A stretch of DNA of 63,969 nt, counting the filler, from Octopus bimaculoides (Eukaryota): the NCBI RefSeq assembly GCF_001194135.2. It is 6 parts of 6 records of this genome, joined end to end, with 100 filler letters (N's around TTAATTAATTAA, not from the genome) between each part and the next. Parts side by side here need not be neighbours in the genome. Positions count along the whole stretch, not along the records: positions 58,868 to 62,791 come from NC_069005.1; positions 62,892 to 63,969 come from NC_068985.1; 4 more parts are not named here. One strand, written 5' to 3'. Below are positions 61,753-63,969 of the stretch, in pieces. The notes beneath the pieces were generated by a model. The model did no database searches and was not told the DNA's origin. It saw only the letters and a program-made list of their open reading frames with translations. Both the position numbers and the translations under genes were made by a program. Numbering within the stretch: position 1 is the first letter of the stretch; each line of letters begins with the position of its first letter.

Positions 61753-62619
61753 TTGTTAACCAATTTGGATCAAAGTGGAAAAGAATAGTGCGATCAAGAC
61801 AGAATTGAAAGTGCATTGTGGTCAGCGGTATATAACACCCTCTGATGTTCTGGTTGATACTGTGCCTGTGATACGATGAAATATATTTACTTGTTTTTGC
61901 CTCCGGTCTTGAATTTGTGATCGAAGGAAAGAGAGTCTCTTCTTGTTTAGACAAGGTAAAAAAAACTTGCATATTTAGTTTTTAATTTAAACATTTTTTT
62001 CATTTTTCCTTTACACACATCCATACCTGTGTTAATAAACGAATATATATGCGCACACAGACGCATGCACACTCACACACACACACATACATAGACATAG
62101 ACATATACATAGAGCTGTACGCATGCGTATATGTGTGTGAGTCAGTGTTGAAGTTTGAGGCCTTGTTTAAATATAGCAAACCGCATGAATATTTTTTTTT
62201 CTTCCAGAAAATTTATGAATATTTGAACATTTATATTACAATATTTCACTGATAACAGCTTCAACGAGAAGAATAACAACAACAACAACAATAACATCGG
62301 AAACGGTTCCTCCCGACCCCCCCCCCCNNNNNNNNNNNNNNTCCTTCCGAAGAATAGATGCAGTGGAAAATGTGAGAGAGAGGGACAGAAGAGATGCAAG
62401 GAAGATAGAGGGGGAGGAGGAAAGCTGGAGAGAGAGAGGAAGGAGGGGAGGAGAGTGAGAGATGGGAGGAGGGAATGGTGAAAGTTGGAGAGAGAGAGAG
62501 AAAAAGAAAGCGAGGAAGAGAGAGAGAGATGGAGAATGCGCGAGAGAGAAAGCGGGGAAGCGGAAGAGAGAGGGAGAGGTGAAATGCGGGAGAGAAAAGG
62601 GAAAAAAGCGACAGATAGA

Positions 62620-62791
62620 GAGAGGAGAATGAGAGAGAGAGAGAGAGGGGAATGAGAGAGAGAGGGGAGAATGAGAGAGAGGAGAATGAGAGAGAGGAGA
62701 ATGAGAGAGAGGAGAATGAGAGAGAGAGGAGAATGAGAGAGAGAGAGAGAGGAGAATGAGAGAGAGAGAGAGGGGAATGAGAGAGAGAGAG
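62620..62791. repeat. (GGAGAATGAGAGAGA)n-like purine minisatellite
   Basis: GAATGAG anchored units separated by variable GA runs. Confidence 0.9.
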
Positions 62792-62891
62792 NNNNNNNNN
62801 NNNNNNNNNNNNNNNNNNNNNNNNNNNNNNNNNNNTTAATTAATTAANNNNNNNNNNNNNNNNNNNNNNNNNNNNNNNNNNNNNNNNNNNN
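62792..62891. other. Artificial scaffold spacer
   Basis: 44 N + TTAATTAATTAA + 44 N. Confidence 0.95.
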
Positions 62892-63166
62892 TTTTTCTCA
62901 TGGGCAACTGTATGTAGCATGTACAAGAGTTGGAAGTCCACGCAATCTTTTTACATGTACTCCTTCTGGAAAAACAAGTAACATTGTTTATAAGGAAGTT
63001 CTAGATTTAGAATAAATAGTTAATAAGATAAACACATAACACAGTTAAGGGGTGAAAGGACATGGACTGAAAATAGGGATCTTAAAAACGAAATGCAAAA
63101 ATGTATTTAGCATGGCAAAACAGTGTCATATGGCAGTTGGCTCCCGAGTAACATCAGGTAACCCTG

Positions 63167-63208
<42 letters not shown>

Positions 63209-63389
63209 TCACTCTATGTTTTAAATACCAGATATTACAACTCTGCAAATAAAAAGTTTTTCAAAATTGCATTTGCTTATCACTTTTTGTTCTGCTTAAT
63301 TTCAAAGTTATGTACTGTAACTATTTTAATGTTCCGGATTTTTTTTTAGAAGTCTATGTTTCAAACATAGGAGATCGTGATTCTACACA

Positions 63390-63590
63390 AAAATTAGGGC
63401 TAGCTTTGGGGGTTGGGTTTAGGATTTAATACTAGGGTTAGTATTGTAGTTTAGAATTTAGGGATAAAATTAGGATTAAGATCTTGAGTTAAGTTTTAAG
63501 GTAAGCATTTGAGGGTTAGCATTTAAGGTTATAATTTCATTTTAGCATTTAAGATTACAATTTTGAGTTAGGATAAGAGTTAGTTTAAAC
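63390..63590. repeat. Degenerate TTAGGG-like tract
   Basis: TTAGGG, TTAGGA and GGGTTAG variants; heavily diverged. Confidence 0.5.
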
Positions 63591-63969
63591 AGAAACAGAA
63601 AAAGGATTCAAGAGATTTGAATTTGTGTACAAACTTTTACAGAATTGAACTTGCATATGTTTGGAATATGGATATCAAACTATATTCTTAAAGAAGAAAA
63701 ATAAAAAAAAGTCTGCATAGTGTTCTTAGTCCAAAATTTCATTGAGTGTTTTTTTTTTCTTCGAAAATATTTACTAAAAGTTAGATAAAGAGCTTTGCGA
63801 TGTTACAGTTAATTATCTGAGTCATTAACTCGGGCAACGCTGGGTATTTCAGCTAGTATATAATATATATGTGTGTGTTTGTCCTAGACAACCCATGTTG
63901 ATGTGTTTACGTCTCTGCAACTTAGCGGTTTGACAAAAAAGACCGATACAATGAGTACTAGGCTTACAA

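Noticed and set aside
63390-63590. True telomere
   Set aside because: Highly degenerate, and followed by ordinary sequence and a SINE.

Overview
AT-rich, microsatellite-dense animal genomic DNA. The repeat families and genes point to a coleoid cephalopod, most likely Octopus (inference). The window is not one contiguous locus: five identical 100-bp spacers (44 N + TTAATTAATTAA + 44 N) split it into six segments, 1-31198, 31299-36355, 36456-53163, 53264-58767, 58868-62791 and 62892-63969. Host genes: (i) four phase-compatible + strand exons of a TTC16-like TPR gene (9076-30747) with a long acidic N-terminal extension and an upstream RFX X-box; (ii) one ATAD5/ELG1 exon (31682-31811) on the next segment; (iii) three exons of a multi-exon cadherin (55121-58689). 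The rest is mostly mobile DNA: RTE LINEs, at least four Penelope-like remnants, CR1/L2-like and R4-like fragments, four Tc1/mariner relics, hAT elements, foldback MITEs and several tRNA-derived SINE families. Most interesting observations: a ~2.3-kb inverted RTE pair bracketing two TTC16 exons (possible dsRNA, editing or circRNA substrate), a 6.1-kb hAT element with perfect TIRs and 8-bp TSD carrying a nested LINE, a LINE whose 3' tail matches the dominant SINE, and a direct-repeat element with hammerhead half-motifs. I found no demonstrably new biological system; all of these are hypotheses made by eye, and most repeat boundaries are approximate.
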